IMG/VR virus record: IMGVR_UViG_3300047553_000733
Location: 1 to 64,000 of that record
Reading direction: 5' to 3' (one strand)
Length of the DNA stretch: 64,000 bases
From: a virus
Below are positions 1 through 7,443 of the stretch, in pieces (position 1 is the first letter of the stretch; each line of letters starts with the position of its first letter). The notes under the pieces are model-generated. The model worked only from the letters and a program-made list of their open reading frames with translations, was not told the DNA's origin and did not search any database. A program made the translations under genes and the position numbers.

Positions 1-41
1 CTAGGGGTTGTGTGGTCTAAAAATCGTGTATAATACAGGAC

Positions 42-419
42 ATGGACAGAACAAAATTGCAACAATTCCTAACCCGACAAACCGACAGGGTTTGGGGTAG
101 GCTTTGCGAAAGTTATCCAAAATTGGTTAGATATAATCCGCCCATTATTAAACTGAATAATCGTTTGTGGCGCACTGCGGGTTATTGCCAACAGGATCAA
201 AATATTGTAGAATTGGGTTATAAATTTTTTATTGCAAACCAAAATTATTATGCTGAAATGATAGATATTATTTTACCGCATGAGATTATTCACCAAGCAG
301 ATTATAATTTATTTGGTGAAAGCGAGAAAAAATGTGGACATGGTAAAAATTGGTGTGCTATAATGGAAACCTACGGATTACCCGCTAACCCTCATCATTC
401 AATGGAGATTTTAAGATGA
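42..419 (+). CDS. SprT-like zinc metallopeptidase-domain protein
   Basis: HEIIH (HExxH) followed by HGKNW, typical of the SprT family; AGGA RBS. Confidence 0.75.
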   Translation: MDRTKLQQFLTRQTDRVWGRLCESYPKLVRYNPPIIKLNNRLWRTAGYCQQDQNIVELGYKFFIANQNYYAEMIDIILPHEIIHQADYNLFGESEKKCGHGKNWCAIMETYGLPANPHHSMEILR

Positions 420-509
420 TTTTAGATATTATTGGTTTTAGCCTTTTGGCTTTTCATTTTTCTAGCCCATTTTGGATTAGCAAATTAATGGATTATATTG
501 GTGATTAAA

Positions 510-725
510 ATGCTTAATATTATAAGTTGGTTTGGTACATTTACCAGTATATTCGGCAGTTTTTTGGTTGCCATGCAATATATTCAAATTGGATATATTG
601 CATTTATATTCGGCTCTGCCAGTTGGTTATATGTTGCATTTAAAACTAATAATCGTTCGCTTTTGGTTTTAAATACTACATTTTTTGTAGCCAATATAAT
701 CGGAATTTATAACGCTTTTAAATAA
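510..725 (+). CDS. small membrane protein
   Basis: Hydrophobic ORF with about 3 TM segments; start placed at ATG 510. Confidence 0.6.
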   Translation: MLNIISWFGTFTSIFGSFLVAMQYIQIGYIAFIFGSASWLYVAFKTNNRSLLVLNTTFFVANIIGIYNAFK

Positions 726-754
726 AAATAACCCTACTGCCGGTAGGGTTATTG

Positions 755-792
755 GCGCCAAAATTATATCATATAATTTTGGCCGGTGTCAA
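755..792 (-). promoter_or_regulatory. leftward sigma70 promoter firing into GCGC and a hairpin
   Basis: TTGACA (787-792)-18 bp-TATAAT (763-768) on minus strand; GCGC at 755-758. Confidence 0.65.
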
Positions 793-836
793 TAGGGACA
801 AACCCTAATGTTGCGAAAACATCAAAAACCCTAGTG

Positions 837-865
837 TTGACAGGGGATTGGGTTTTCCGTATAAT
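837..865 (+). promoter_or_regulatory. consensus sigma70 promoter for A2-like gene 1
   Basis: TTGACA 837-842, 17 bp spacer, TATAAT 860-865. Confidence 0.85.
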
Positions 866-911
866 CTACTCTGTTAATTCGATAAATCCTAACTGTGAAA
901 GGCGATTTAAA

Positions 912-1238
912 ATGACTGCAAAAACTGTAAACTATACTCCCGAGCAAACCCTGCAAATGGTTGCAGATTATCAAGCCGGTGTTTCCGTGGAAACTATTGC
1001 CCAAAGCATGGGCAAAACTGTTCGCTCTGTGGTTGCAAAACTCTCACGCGAAAAAGTATATCAGGCTAAAACCTATGTTTCCAAAACTGGTGAAAAGCCC
1101 GTGAAAAAAGATGTTCACGCGGACGCTATCGGTGCAATTTTGCGATTGCCCGAAAATGATATTGATTCGCTCACCAAGGCGAACAAATCTGCCCTCAAAG
1201 CGATTTTTGACGCTTTGGCAAACTCAAAACCGATTTAA
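912..1238 (+). CDS. T5 A2-like DNA-binding protein (paralogue 1)
   Basis: MTAKTVNYTPEQT...IAQSMGKTVRSVVAKLSREKVYQ...DSLTKANK resembles T5 A2; real start ATG 912. Confidence 0.75.
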   Translation: MTAKTVNYTPEQTLQMVADYQAGVSVETIAQSMGKTVRSVVAKLSREKVYQAKTYVSKTGEKPVKKDVHADAIGAILRLPENDIDSLTKANKSALKAIFDALANSKPI

Positions 1239-1245
1239 TCGGTTT

Positions 1246-1268
1246 AAATCCCCGAAAGGGGATTTTTT
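1246..1268 (+). terminator. intrinsic terminator
   Basis: AATCCCC-GAAA-GGGGATT followed by a T tract. Confidence 0.8.
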
Positions 1269-1277
1269 ATTATCCTG

Positions 1278-1455
1278 AACTGAAGTGAGTGCTCACTTCA
1301 GTTTGCGCCAAAATTATACCATAATTTTGGGGAGCGTGTCAATAGGTGTTTTCCCTGTGTTGCGCTGGCGCAACACTTTTGGTCAATTTTGCGAAGTGAG
1401 CGCTCACTTCGCGCCAGCAACGCAAATGCGAATCATTATCATTTGCATTCGCATT
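1278..1455. repeat. palindrome cluster with Fur-box-like site (injection-stop-like region)
   Basis: GAAGTGAG(T/C)GCTCACTTC palindromes at 1278-1303 and 1391-1412; GTGTTGCGC-TG-GCGCAACAC at 1357-1376; 15/19 Fur consensus match at 1422-1440. Confidence 0.6.
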
Positions 1456-1855
1456 ACGATTTGACCAACCCACCATTTGGGTGCATTAAGCGCGCTGCGC
1501 CAGTGCAAAACCTCAAGTGGAAAAACTTGAAGGTGCCGGCGCGCCCATTATACAGTGGAAAACCTTTACTTGTCAAGTGTATTTTTAGCGGCCGTGCCGA
1601 TAACCAGCAAAAATAGTCACTTGCCGCAAGTGTCAAAACTATTTATAATTTATTTATTAAATCGGAAAGGAATCCAACATGATGCAACTTGAACTTTTTC
1701 CCCTGGAATTGACACAGTGGGAGTTGGAAAAACTTAACCAATGGGTTTATGAAATTTGTTGTGAGTGCTACCTACACGACGAATTTTTTGAAGTTGAACA
1801 GGGTAGCTTTGTTGAAGTATAATATACTCTTAGACACACAGAAAGGAAATAAACT

Positions 1856-2164
1856 ATGACCGCCGAAGTCAACAAGGTTAACTACACACCTGAGCAAACG
1901 CTTGAAGTAGTTAGCAAGTACCAATCGGGTATGCCCGTGGAAATGATTGCTCGCGAAATGGGCAAAACCACTCGCAGTATCGTTGCCAAGCTCTCGCGCG
2001 AGGGCGTTTACCAAGCCAAAACCAAAGCCGCTCAACCTCGTGTTAAGAAGGCAGATCTGGTCGACAAGCTAGCACAAGCTTGCGGTGTCCCGGCTGAACA
2101 GTTTGAGTCGCTTGAAAAAGCTAACTTGGACGTACTGGAAGCACTTGCTACCAAGCTGGCGTAA
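1856..2164 (+). CDS. T5 A2-like DNA-binding protein (paralogue 2)
   Basis: Clear paralogue of 912-1238; own promoter TTGAAC-18-TATAAT at 1794-1823. Confidence 0.75.
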   Translation: MTAEVNKVNYTPEQTLEVVSKYQSGMPVEMIAREMGKTTRSIVAKLSREGVYQAKTKAAQPRVKKADLVDKLAQACGVPAEQFESLEKANLDVLEALATKLA

Positions 2165-2196
2165 GCTAGCGCGGTTTAGGGTCAAAAAATTCTGAC

Positions 2197-2225
2197 TTGA
2201 ATTGAGACCCTAAATCCTATATAAT
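2197..2225 (+). promoter_or_regulatory. sigma70 promoter for ncRNA-1
   Basis: TTGAAT-17-TATAAT; GACCCTAAA motif in the spacer and an inverted copy upstream. Confidence 0.75.
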
Positions 2226-2232
2226 AGATATA

Positions 2233-2409
2233 TCGCAGTCGGGAAAGATAAACAAAATTAACCAGACCCATTACACCGCAAATCAGTCACTGTTAGTCGA
2301 CACACCTGTAATGCTCATGGTCTCTTTAATCCCAGTAGTCTGTTTGTTATAGCCACTACTTCAACCTAATAAAATCTTAGTAGTCCAGTGCTATTAACAA
2401 CGATTGCGA
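2233..2409 (+). ncRNA. candidate structured RNA, about 177 nt (ncRNA-1)
   Basis: Begins at predicted TSS; 5' TCGCAGTCG pairs with 3' CGATTGCGA; internal arms AGACC/CATTACA..TGTAATG/GGTCT and ATAGC/ACTACT..AGTAGT/GCTAT; no ORF. Confidence 0.6.
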
Positions 2410-2419
2410 AATTTTTTAC

Positions 2420-2449
2420 TTGAACTATAAAGCTGTTTTGTTATATAAT
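2420..2449 (+). promoter_or_regulatory. sigma70 promoter for ncRNA-2
   Basis: TTGAAC-18-TATAAT. Confidence 0.75.
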
Positions 2450-2630
2450 ATATTTATAGTTTGATGAAGGGTGTAAGCGGTCACCGAGCAAATCACGGTG
2501 ATACTACTTAATTGTTGGGAAGCTAATCGCCGAGCAACAGCCCGTTACAGTTTATGGGTGTTATGAGCCTGGCGTATTTGTCCAGATAACAACTTGATTG
2601 GTGGCGAAGCCTCTACCACCAGCCCCCTAA

Positions 2631-2732
2631 ACCCTCTGATGAGTGCCCTGCAATGGGCCGAAACTCTAAGCATCGTGTCTAGTTGCTGACAGACTTCAAA
2701 ACTGCCACCTAGATGCACCTTAGGGTCAGGGT
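2631..2732 (+). ncRNA. type I hammerhead ribozyme
   Basis: Stem I ACCCT/AGGGT; CTGATGA core; stem II G(T)GCCC/GGGCC; GAAA; stem III CTCTAAG/CTTAGGG; GUC cleavage triplet at 2725-2727. Confidence 0.85.
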
Positions 2733-3117
2733 ATGAACCCAGCACATTGGCCTGTGGCCGCTGGTAATAGTAATACCCAACCGCTTTAACACGGTCGGCG
2801 GGATACAAGTGGATTGTACTCCGGAGAAAGAACTCCTTAAAATACAGCCATCTTCTAACACAAGAGCCTCGGCAGAGGTAATGCAAGTCTGGAGTCTTGC
2901 TGGCGCTAGGTATGGTGTGAACATACCACAACGACCCTAAACTGCGGAGGGTGCGTATAATATATCCAGTCAGAGACAACTGCACTAAACCGCTAGCAAA
3001 TGCGACAACCTATGTTACCGCACGGATATCGCAAGCACTGGAACTGTAGCGACTGAAACGTGCGCGGCTCGCGAGCCACAAAAACACGCTGTTTAGCTAA
3101 ATCACTGTGACGTGTTC

Positions 3118-3153
3118 AAAAGCCCCTACTACCGGCAGGTAGTAGGGGCTTTT
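3118..3153 (+). terminator. intrinsic terminator (bidirectional shape)
   Basis: AAAAGCCCCTACTACC-GGCA-GGTAGTAGGGGCTTTT. Confidence 0.9.
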
Positions 3154-3267
3154 GTTTTGGTTTTTACAATTTAGGGTCCAAAATTTTAGCGCTGCTGCGC
3201 CAATTATACAGTGCTAAACCTTGTTTGTCAAGTGGATTTTCTTGAAACTGACCCTAAACCGCAAAAA

Positions 3268-3301
3268 ATAAAGCCTACTTAGCAAAACTAAGTAGGCTTT
3301 T
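3268..3301 (-). terminator. intrinsic terminator of the leftward unit
   Basis: AAAGCCTACTTAG-CAAAA-CTAAGTAGGCTTT just after the 3318 stop. Confidence 0.8.
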
Positions 3302-3317
3302 GGCGTTATTGGGTGAG

Positions 3318-3635
3318 TTAAGTGCAATTGCCTTGGTTTAGGGTCAGTTTTCGTTCCAACAAAACCAGCACCCCTTTGTTTACCTTCTCCAAGCTCTCCA
3401 GTTGGTCGCTGGGGACGTCCAGAAGCTCAGCAAGGCGTTCGATATGCTCCGATTTTTTCACTGGCAGCTCACCACGCTTGTTGAGGTACTGTTTTTTCTG
3501 GTACACGCCCAGACTGCTCAGCTTAGCAATTATGCTACGTTCAGGTACTTCCAGCTCAACTGCAAGCTGCGTTACTGGTATACCGCCTTTATAGTCCTTG
3601 ATCAATTTATCTGTTACTTCTTTTGTGTATTTCAT
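3318..3635 (-). CDS. T5 A2-like DNA-binding protein (paralogue 3)
   Basis: MKYTKEVT...LAVELEVPERSIIAKLSSLGVYQKK...LESLEKVNK aligns with the other two paralogues. Confidence 0.7.
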   Translation of the reverse strand: MKYTKEVTDKLIKDYKGGIPVTQLAVELEVPERSIIAKLSSLGVYQKKQYLNKRGELPVKKSEHIERLAELLDVPSDQLESLEKVNKGVLVLLERKLTLNQGNCT

Positions 3636-4411
3636 AGCCATGGCATTGCAAATGTATCTTGTTTAGGTTGTGTTTGTTCAGGTACTGTAAAAATCTCACT
3701 AGTAACTAGTGGTTCGGGCATCAAATCCCAGTTAATGGGATCTAAGATCATGTATTTAGTGCGCTTGCTGGGGTGTGCTATCCAGATTTGAGTAAGCATC
3801 GACTGTGTTAACTTGGGGAGTGTGCCTAGCTTGGTATGCTGAATGCCTGTTAGTGCCCAAGTACTTTCGGCAGGCTTCAATTCACCTGCCTTCTTGCCCG
3901 ATTTATTCATCAAGCCTTCACTTCTGATTGCCAGCAACTCCTCTGACCCTAAATCGCCAACAACTTGCAGTTGCTCCGCACTCAAGTTCACTGCCTCCAA
4001 GAGTTTAGGTTCTAGTAAGTACTCCAAGTGTTTTAGACCCTGCCAGCTCCCATAAGGTACGTCTTTGTAGAGCTTAAACCCCATTAGTATAAGTGGGGTA
4101 AACTGTGCGTACTGGGGGTGTTGTGTTTGGCTGGGCAGTAGTAATGACCTGGTAACCCTGCTGAGCTTCCACAACCCCTGCAGTTTAGGGTCCTGGCCAA
4201 CGTTGTGCTTGAGCGTGGCTAAAATATCCCAACGATCGCCAGAGTCTTTGACCAGCTTCCAGGTGCCAAAGTGTGCAACCAGCTGTGGCAGCAACCATTG
4301 GTGAAGTGGGGCAATATGCTCCTGTTTGATCCATTGCTCCAGCTCTACTTGACTCATGCTATTTATTGTGCTTAGTGGCAGTTCAAATATGTCTTGCTTT
4401 TTTAATATCAT
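3632..4411 (-). CDS. hypothetical protein (about 259 aa), coupled to A2 paralogue 3
   Basis: Long ORF; stop overlaps next start (ATGA); leftward promoter at about 4612-4642. Confidence 0.75.
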   Translation of the reverse strand: MILKKQDIFELPLSTINSMSQVELEQWIKQEHIAPLHQWLLPQLVAHFGTWKLVKDSGDRWDILATLKHNVGQDPKLQGLWKLSRVTRSLLLPSQTQHPQYAQFTPLILMGFKLYKDVPYGSWQGLKHLEYLLEPKLLEAVNLSAEQLQVVGDLGSEELLAIRSEGLMNKSGKKAGELKPAESTWALTGIQHTKLGTLPKLTQSMLTQIWIAHPSKRTKYMILDPINWDLMPEPLVTSEIFTVPEQTQPKQDTFAMPWL

Positions 4412-4457
4412 TTTTAAATTTAGTGGTTTGATTTTAGACGCAATTATCCTACTTATT

Positions 4458-4585
4458 AGTTGCACTTAGCCTTTGGTCTTTGACCCTAAACTTACAAAAA
4501 TTGCTGTAATTAAGGGGCCCTCGTGTATCGTCCCTTATTACTAGCATTTTGTGTTGTTTAGGTCAACAACCACGGCTGTGCAACT
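4458..4585 (-). other. about 128-nt rod-like imperfect hairpin in the 5' leader
   Basis: Nested pairings AGTTGCAC/GTGCAACT, AGCC/GGCT, TTGACC(C)TAAAC/GTTTAGGTCAA, ACAAAA/TTTTGT, TAAGGG/CCCTTA. Confidence 0.65.
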
Positions 4586-4716
4586 TGTATCTGTCTCTGT
4601 AATTTATACAATATTATAGCACACTAGGCAAATACTCTGCAAGCTAATTTTTTATGTGGAGGTTGTTACTGATTTTATTGGTTAGTGGGTACGAAAAAAG
4701 CCGCTTGTGCGGCTTT

Positions 4717-5361
4717 TTAATCCCAGAGTGCCTGGTAGTACTTGCCAAACAGTTTAAATCCTTGTTGCTTTCTGTGTTCCCAGTGGTTGTGAGCCTCACT
4801 ATCATGCTTGATCTGGTAGATTTGCTGGTTTAGCTCTGCTTTAGGGTCAACCTCACTGTGGTCATAGAACTGGTCTTGACTGTCCGCGTTTTGGTGCTGT
4901 TCAAAAGCCCAGATCATTTCGTCGATAACATACTCCCAGCGTTGGTGCCAGAACTCGTCTGTATCCCACTCATTCTCCTTAGGCTTTGCGTGTGTACTCC
5001 ACAGGTGTTGTGGACAGTCAAAGTCGTCTACCTTAGGGCTGCCGTGCTTGGTAGCTTTCAGTTGACGGAGCATTGGCAGGATAATGATGCTCAGGGTATG
5101 ATCCATTGACCAGGTGTCGTACTTGTCAATACGCACATACTCTTGGCGCTTACGCTTCTTATCCAACCAGTTTAGGAACTTGGTAAGCTTGCTATCACTG
5201 CCGTCCTTGTTCTCTGCTAGCCAAGTGCCGAAGTTGTGCACCCAGTCTTTGTGTCTGGGAAAGCCCACTTCGTCCTTGACTTTTGGACTCCAAAAACACA
5301 GTAGTTCAGCAATTTGATAAGGCCCCCACCAAGTTTTGTAGGGTCCAATGATAACTTTCAT
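4717..5361 (-). CDS. phage hypothetical protein
   Basis: 214 aa ORF with DTWSMD and GFKLFGKYYQALWD motifs, in a tight operon. Confidence 0.8.
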   Translation of the reverse strand: MKVIIGPYKTWWGPYQIAELLCFWSPKVKDEVGFPRHKDWVHNFGTWLAENKDGSDSKLTKFLNWLDKKRKRQEYVRIDKYDTWSMDHTLSIIILPMLRQLKATKHGSPKVDDFDCPQHLWSTHAKPKENEWDTDEFWHQRWEYVIDEMIWAFEQHQNADSQDQFYDHSEVDPKAELNQQIYQIKHDSEAHNHWEHRKQQGFKLFGKYYQALWD

Positions 5362-5543
5362 GGTAGTGGTCCTGTTATGGGTTCTTGTTCATCACCTTCT
5401 AGTGGTGGGGGAAATGGCCAAGGTGTTGGTGGATATGGCCAGGTCGCTGGCGGAGTGTGCTCGTCCAGTTCCTTGGCTAGTTGGTTTACCCTGTGAAACC
5501 ATTCTTCAATGGTTTTAATTGGTGTGGAATTCTCTGTCGACAT
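5358..5543 (-). CDS. hypothetical Pro-rich protein
   Basis: Overlapping operon ORF. Confidence 0.55.
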   Translation of the reverse strand: MSTENSTPIKTIEEWFHRVNQLAKELDEHTPPATWPYPPTPWPFPPPLEGDEQEPITGPLP

Positions 5544-5727
5544 AGTATTGAATAAGCTCTCGTTGGATTTGTGTTAGCAGGTCGCCGTAGTCTTGGTCGA
5601 CAACGAATCTGACTGGGCAAGTGCCCCAGGTTCTGGTTTTATTAAACTCTGCAAACCAGCGGCGGTGATCTTCGTTGTGTGGATCAAATACTGCCCAAGG
5701 CCTGCCGTATAGCTGTAGTCTACTCAT
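5515..5727 (-). CDS. hypothetical protein
   Basis: Overlapping operon ORF. Confidence 0.7.
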   Translation of the reverse strand: MSRLQLYGRPWAVFDPHNEDHRRWFAEFNKTRTWGTCPVRFVVDQDYGDLLTQIQRELIQYYVDREFHTN

Positions 5728-5902
5728 CGTTATTATCCTTTAGTGCTTGTTCATATCCTGCTTTAAATGCCTGACGCATCCACCAATCGCGACATTCGTG
5801 CTTTTGCAGATCAGCGTGGTCACGCATCCAGCCGTTGCGGTTGTGATTAGGCTCTGCGTATACTTCGTGGTAAAACCACTCAATAAACTTTTTATCAATC
5901 AT
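5720..5902 (-). CDS. hypothetical protein
   Basis: Start MIDKKF with GAGGT RBS. Confidence 0.6.
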   Translation of the reverse strand: MIDKKFIEWFYHEVYAEPNHNRNGWMRDHADLQKHECRDWWMRQAFKAGYEQALKDNNDE

Positions 5903-6287
5903 GATCACCTCTATGTTCGCTACACAGTGTACGAATCCAGCCGCCACGGGTCTGTGTACCAGGCTTACCACACTGCTCACACAGTTTAGCACTAAAGCCC
6001 TCAGCAAACCAAATCATGTTACGAATATTTTCGTCCCCGCCTTCGCCGTAAAATCTCAGTGTACCAAACTTCTCCTTAACCTGTACCGCAACAAACTGTG
6101 TGGTGCCAGGCTTGGCATTTTTATCTAGGTGCCACTGAATCTCACTGCACAGGTGGTCAATCAAGTCATACCAGCCATCACCACACTCAAAGCCCCAGCA
6201 CATTGCTGTTTTATCTGGGCTGGCATAGCGATTAGCAAAGATTTTAGGATACTTGTTGACAAGCTGTTCGTCTAGTGTTTTATTCAT
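5895..6287 (-). CDS. phage hypothetical protein with C-terminal CxxC
   Basis: GFECGDGW, QVKEKFGTLRFY, CEQCGKPG motifs. Confidence 0.8.
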   Translation of the reverse strand: MNKTLDEQLVNKYPKIFANRYASPDKTAMCWGFECGDGWYDLIDHLCSEIQWHLDKNAKPGTTQFVAVQVKEKFGTLRFYGEGGDENIRNMIWFAEGFSAKLCEQCGKPGTQTRGGWIRTLCSEHRGDHD

Positions 6288-6493
6288 TAATAGGCTCCGG
6301 TGTGGTTATCTAGTGCGCGGTAGAAGTCTTGCTCAAACTGGTCAAACACCTTAAGCTGATCTTGTTCAGTACCATGCTTGCGTGCATTACGCATTGCGTT
6401 TAGGTAGTCCTGCATCAAGTGGTGCAGTTGAGTGGCGTTACTCAGCATACGCACCTCATCCCAGTCTTCACATTGTACAGTAATACTTATCAT
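6287..6493 (-). CDS. hypothetical protein
   Basis: Start MISITV with GGAG RBS. Confidence 0.6.
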   Translation of the reverse strand: MISITVQCEDWDEVRMLSNATQLHHLMQDYLNAMRNARKHGTEQDQLKVFDQFEQDFYRALDNHTGAY

Positions 6494-6494
6494 G

Positions 6495-6707
6495 TTAAAC
6501 TCCAAAATAACGTTGATTGCCGCCCTTGCTGTTAATACCAACAAGGTCTTGGCGATTGAATACTGGAATGTAGTTTGACTTATGCATAGGCACAATGGTA
6601 TGCTTGTGCTCACGAGCTTGCTTGTCGCCACAAGGCAAGCAGGTATGATAACCTAGTTGCCAACGCTGTGGCATAACATCGTCACTACAATGAACACAAT
6701 AAAACAT
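6495..6707 (-). CDS. small zinc-finger protein
   Basis: CVHC...CLPCG; own leftward promoter at about 6737-6765. Confidence 0.7.
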   Translation of the reverse strand: MFYCVHCSDDVMPQRWQLGYHTCLPCGDKQAREHKHTIVPMHKSNYIPVFNRQDLVGINSKGGNQRYFGV

Positions 6708-6766
6708 AGTTAACCCTTTAGTAATTTATAAATAATATTATACACTGTGGCAACTCAAAAGTCAAG

Positions 6767-7129
6767 TCAGCGGTTCTTCATGGCTTTTTGCAGTTGCTCA
6801 ACCAAACCTAAGATTGTTCGCTGATACCAGTTAACTGCTTGCTGTTGACCAGGCAACCAATCAGGACGGAGCGCTAGTGCAAGTTCGTCGTTGTTGGTCA
6901 TAAGAATTGTCTTTAGTGTATCGTCTTCCCAGCGTAGCTTTCTACAGTAGATATCAATTACCTCTGGCATTGCAGGGATTTCCTGATTCATTGCTTCAGC
7001 AATGCTTTTCAGTGTTGGTGCAACTGCAATCCTAATAGTGCCTTGCTTTTCTAGCTGCTCCAACAACCACAGCGGAATATCTAACACAGTGATTGGCTCA
7101 AAATCTTTGGTATATAGTACAACTCTCAT
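6767..7129 (-). CDS. hypothetical protein
   Basis: 120 aa operon ORF. Confidence 0.7.
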   Translation of the reverse strand: MRVVLYTKDFEPITVLDIPLWLLEQLEKQGTIRIAVAPTLKSIAEAMNQEIPAMPEVIDIYCRKLRWEDDTLKTILMTNNDELALALRPDWLPGQQQAVNWYQRTILGLVEQLQKAMKNR

Positions 7130-7443
7130 AGTTTAGACGCCTTAAGTGTCCAGCTGCCATCGCCGTTGTCCAGCCATTCAATAACTGTGCCTTCTTGCCA
7201 GCCTTGGGCTTTTAGGAACTCTTCTGGAAAGGTAATGTGTGGCTCTTCGTCTGTACCCTCAACCTGTAGCACATAGCTATGTTGCATCCGTGCTGCATAG
7301 AACGCAGCCTCCAACCACTTACGCAAATTTGTAAATCTATCTATGCTGTGGTGTATGTCATAGTCGTCATAGCAGCGCTCTGCACGAGTAGCATAGTTTT
7401 CAATCTCGTGAAACCAGGACTCAAAGGTTGGGTAGTTATTCAC
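7126..7443 (-). CDS. hypothetical protein with AbrB/MazE-like C-terminal domain
   Basis: ITFPEEFLKAQGWQEGTVIEW pattern; GTG start overlapping thyX stop. Confidence 0.55.
   Translation of the reverse strand: MNNYPTFESWFHEIENYATRAERCYDDYDIHHSIDRFTNLRKWLEAAFYAARMQHSYVLQVEGTDEEPHITFPEEFLKAQGWQEGTVIEWLDNGDGSWTLKASKL

Larger units (their letters stand above)
2456..3153 (+). ncRNA. candidate large structured ncRNA (about 660-700 nt, ncRNA-2)
   Basis: Promoter-to-terminator unit with no plus-strand ORF of 60 aa or more, many short hairpins, GC-richer than flanks; contains a hammerhead ribozyme. Confidence 0.65.

Noticed and set aside
1391-1412. Similarity to the symmetric lac operator core GTGAGCGCTCAC (vector contamination or LacI site)
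   Set aside because: Flanks lack AATT, a variant copy occurs at 1278, and no vector sequence is nearby.
2625-2635. CCCTAAACCCT matches the plant telomerase template, and the dispersed motif contains TTTAGGG
   Set aside because: No reverse transcriptase and no tandem TTTAGGG array in the window; the sequence is explained by hammerhead stem I and the phage motif.
2850-2905. Possible twister ribozyme (UAACAC...GC...CAAG)
   Set aside because: P1, P4 and the 3' GA-pseudoknot strand could not be placed in register.
2545-2985. Minus-strand ORFs (146 aa and 71 aa) across the ncRNA
   Set aside because: No clear RBS, protein-unlike composition, antisense to a promoter/terminator unit containing an intact ribozyme.
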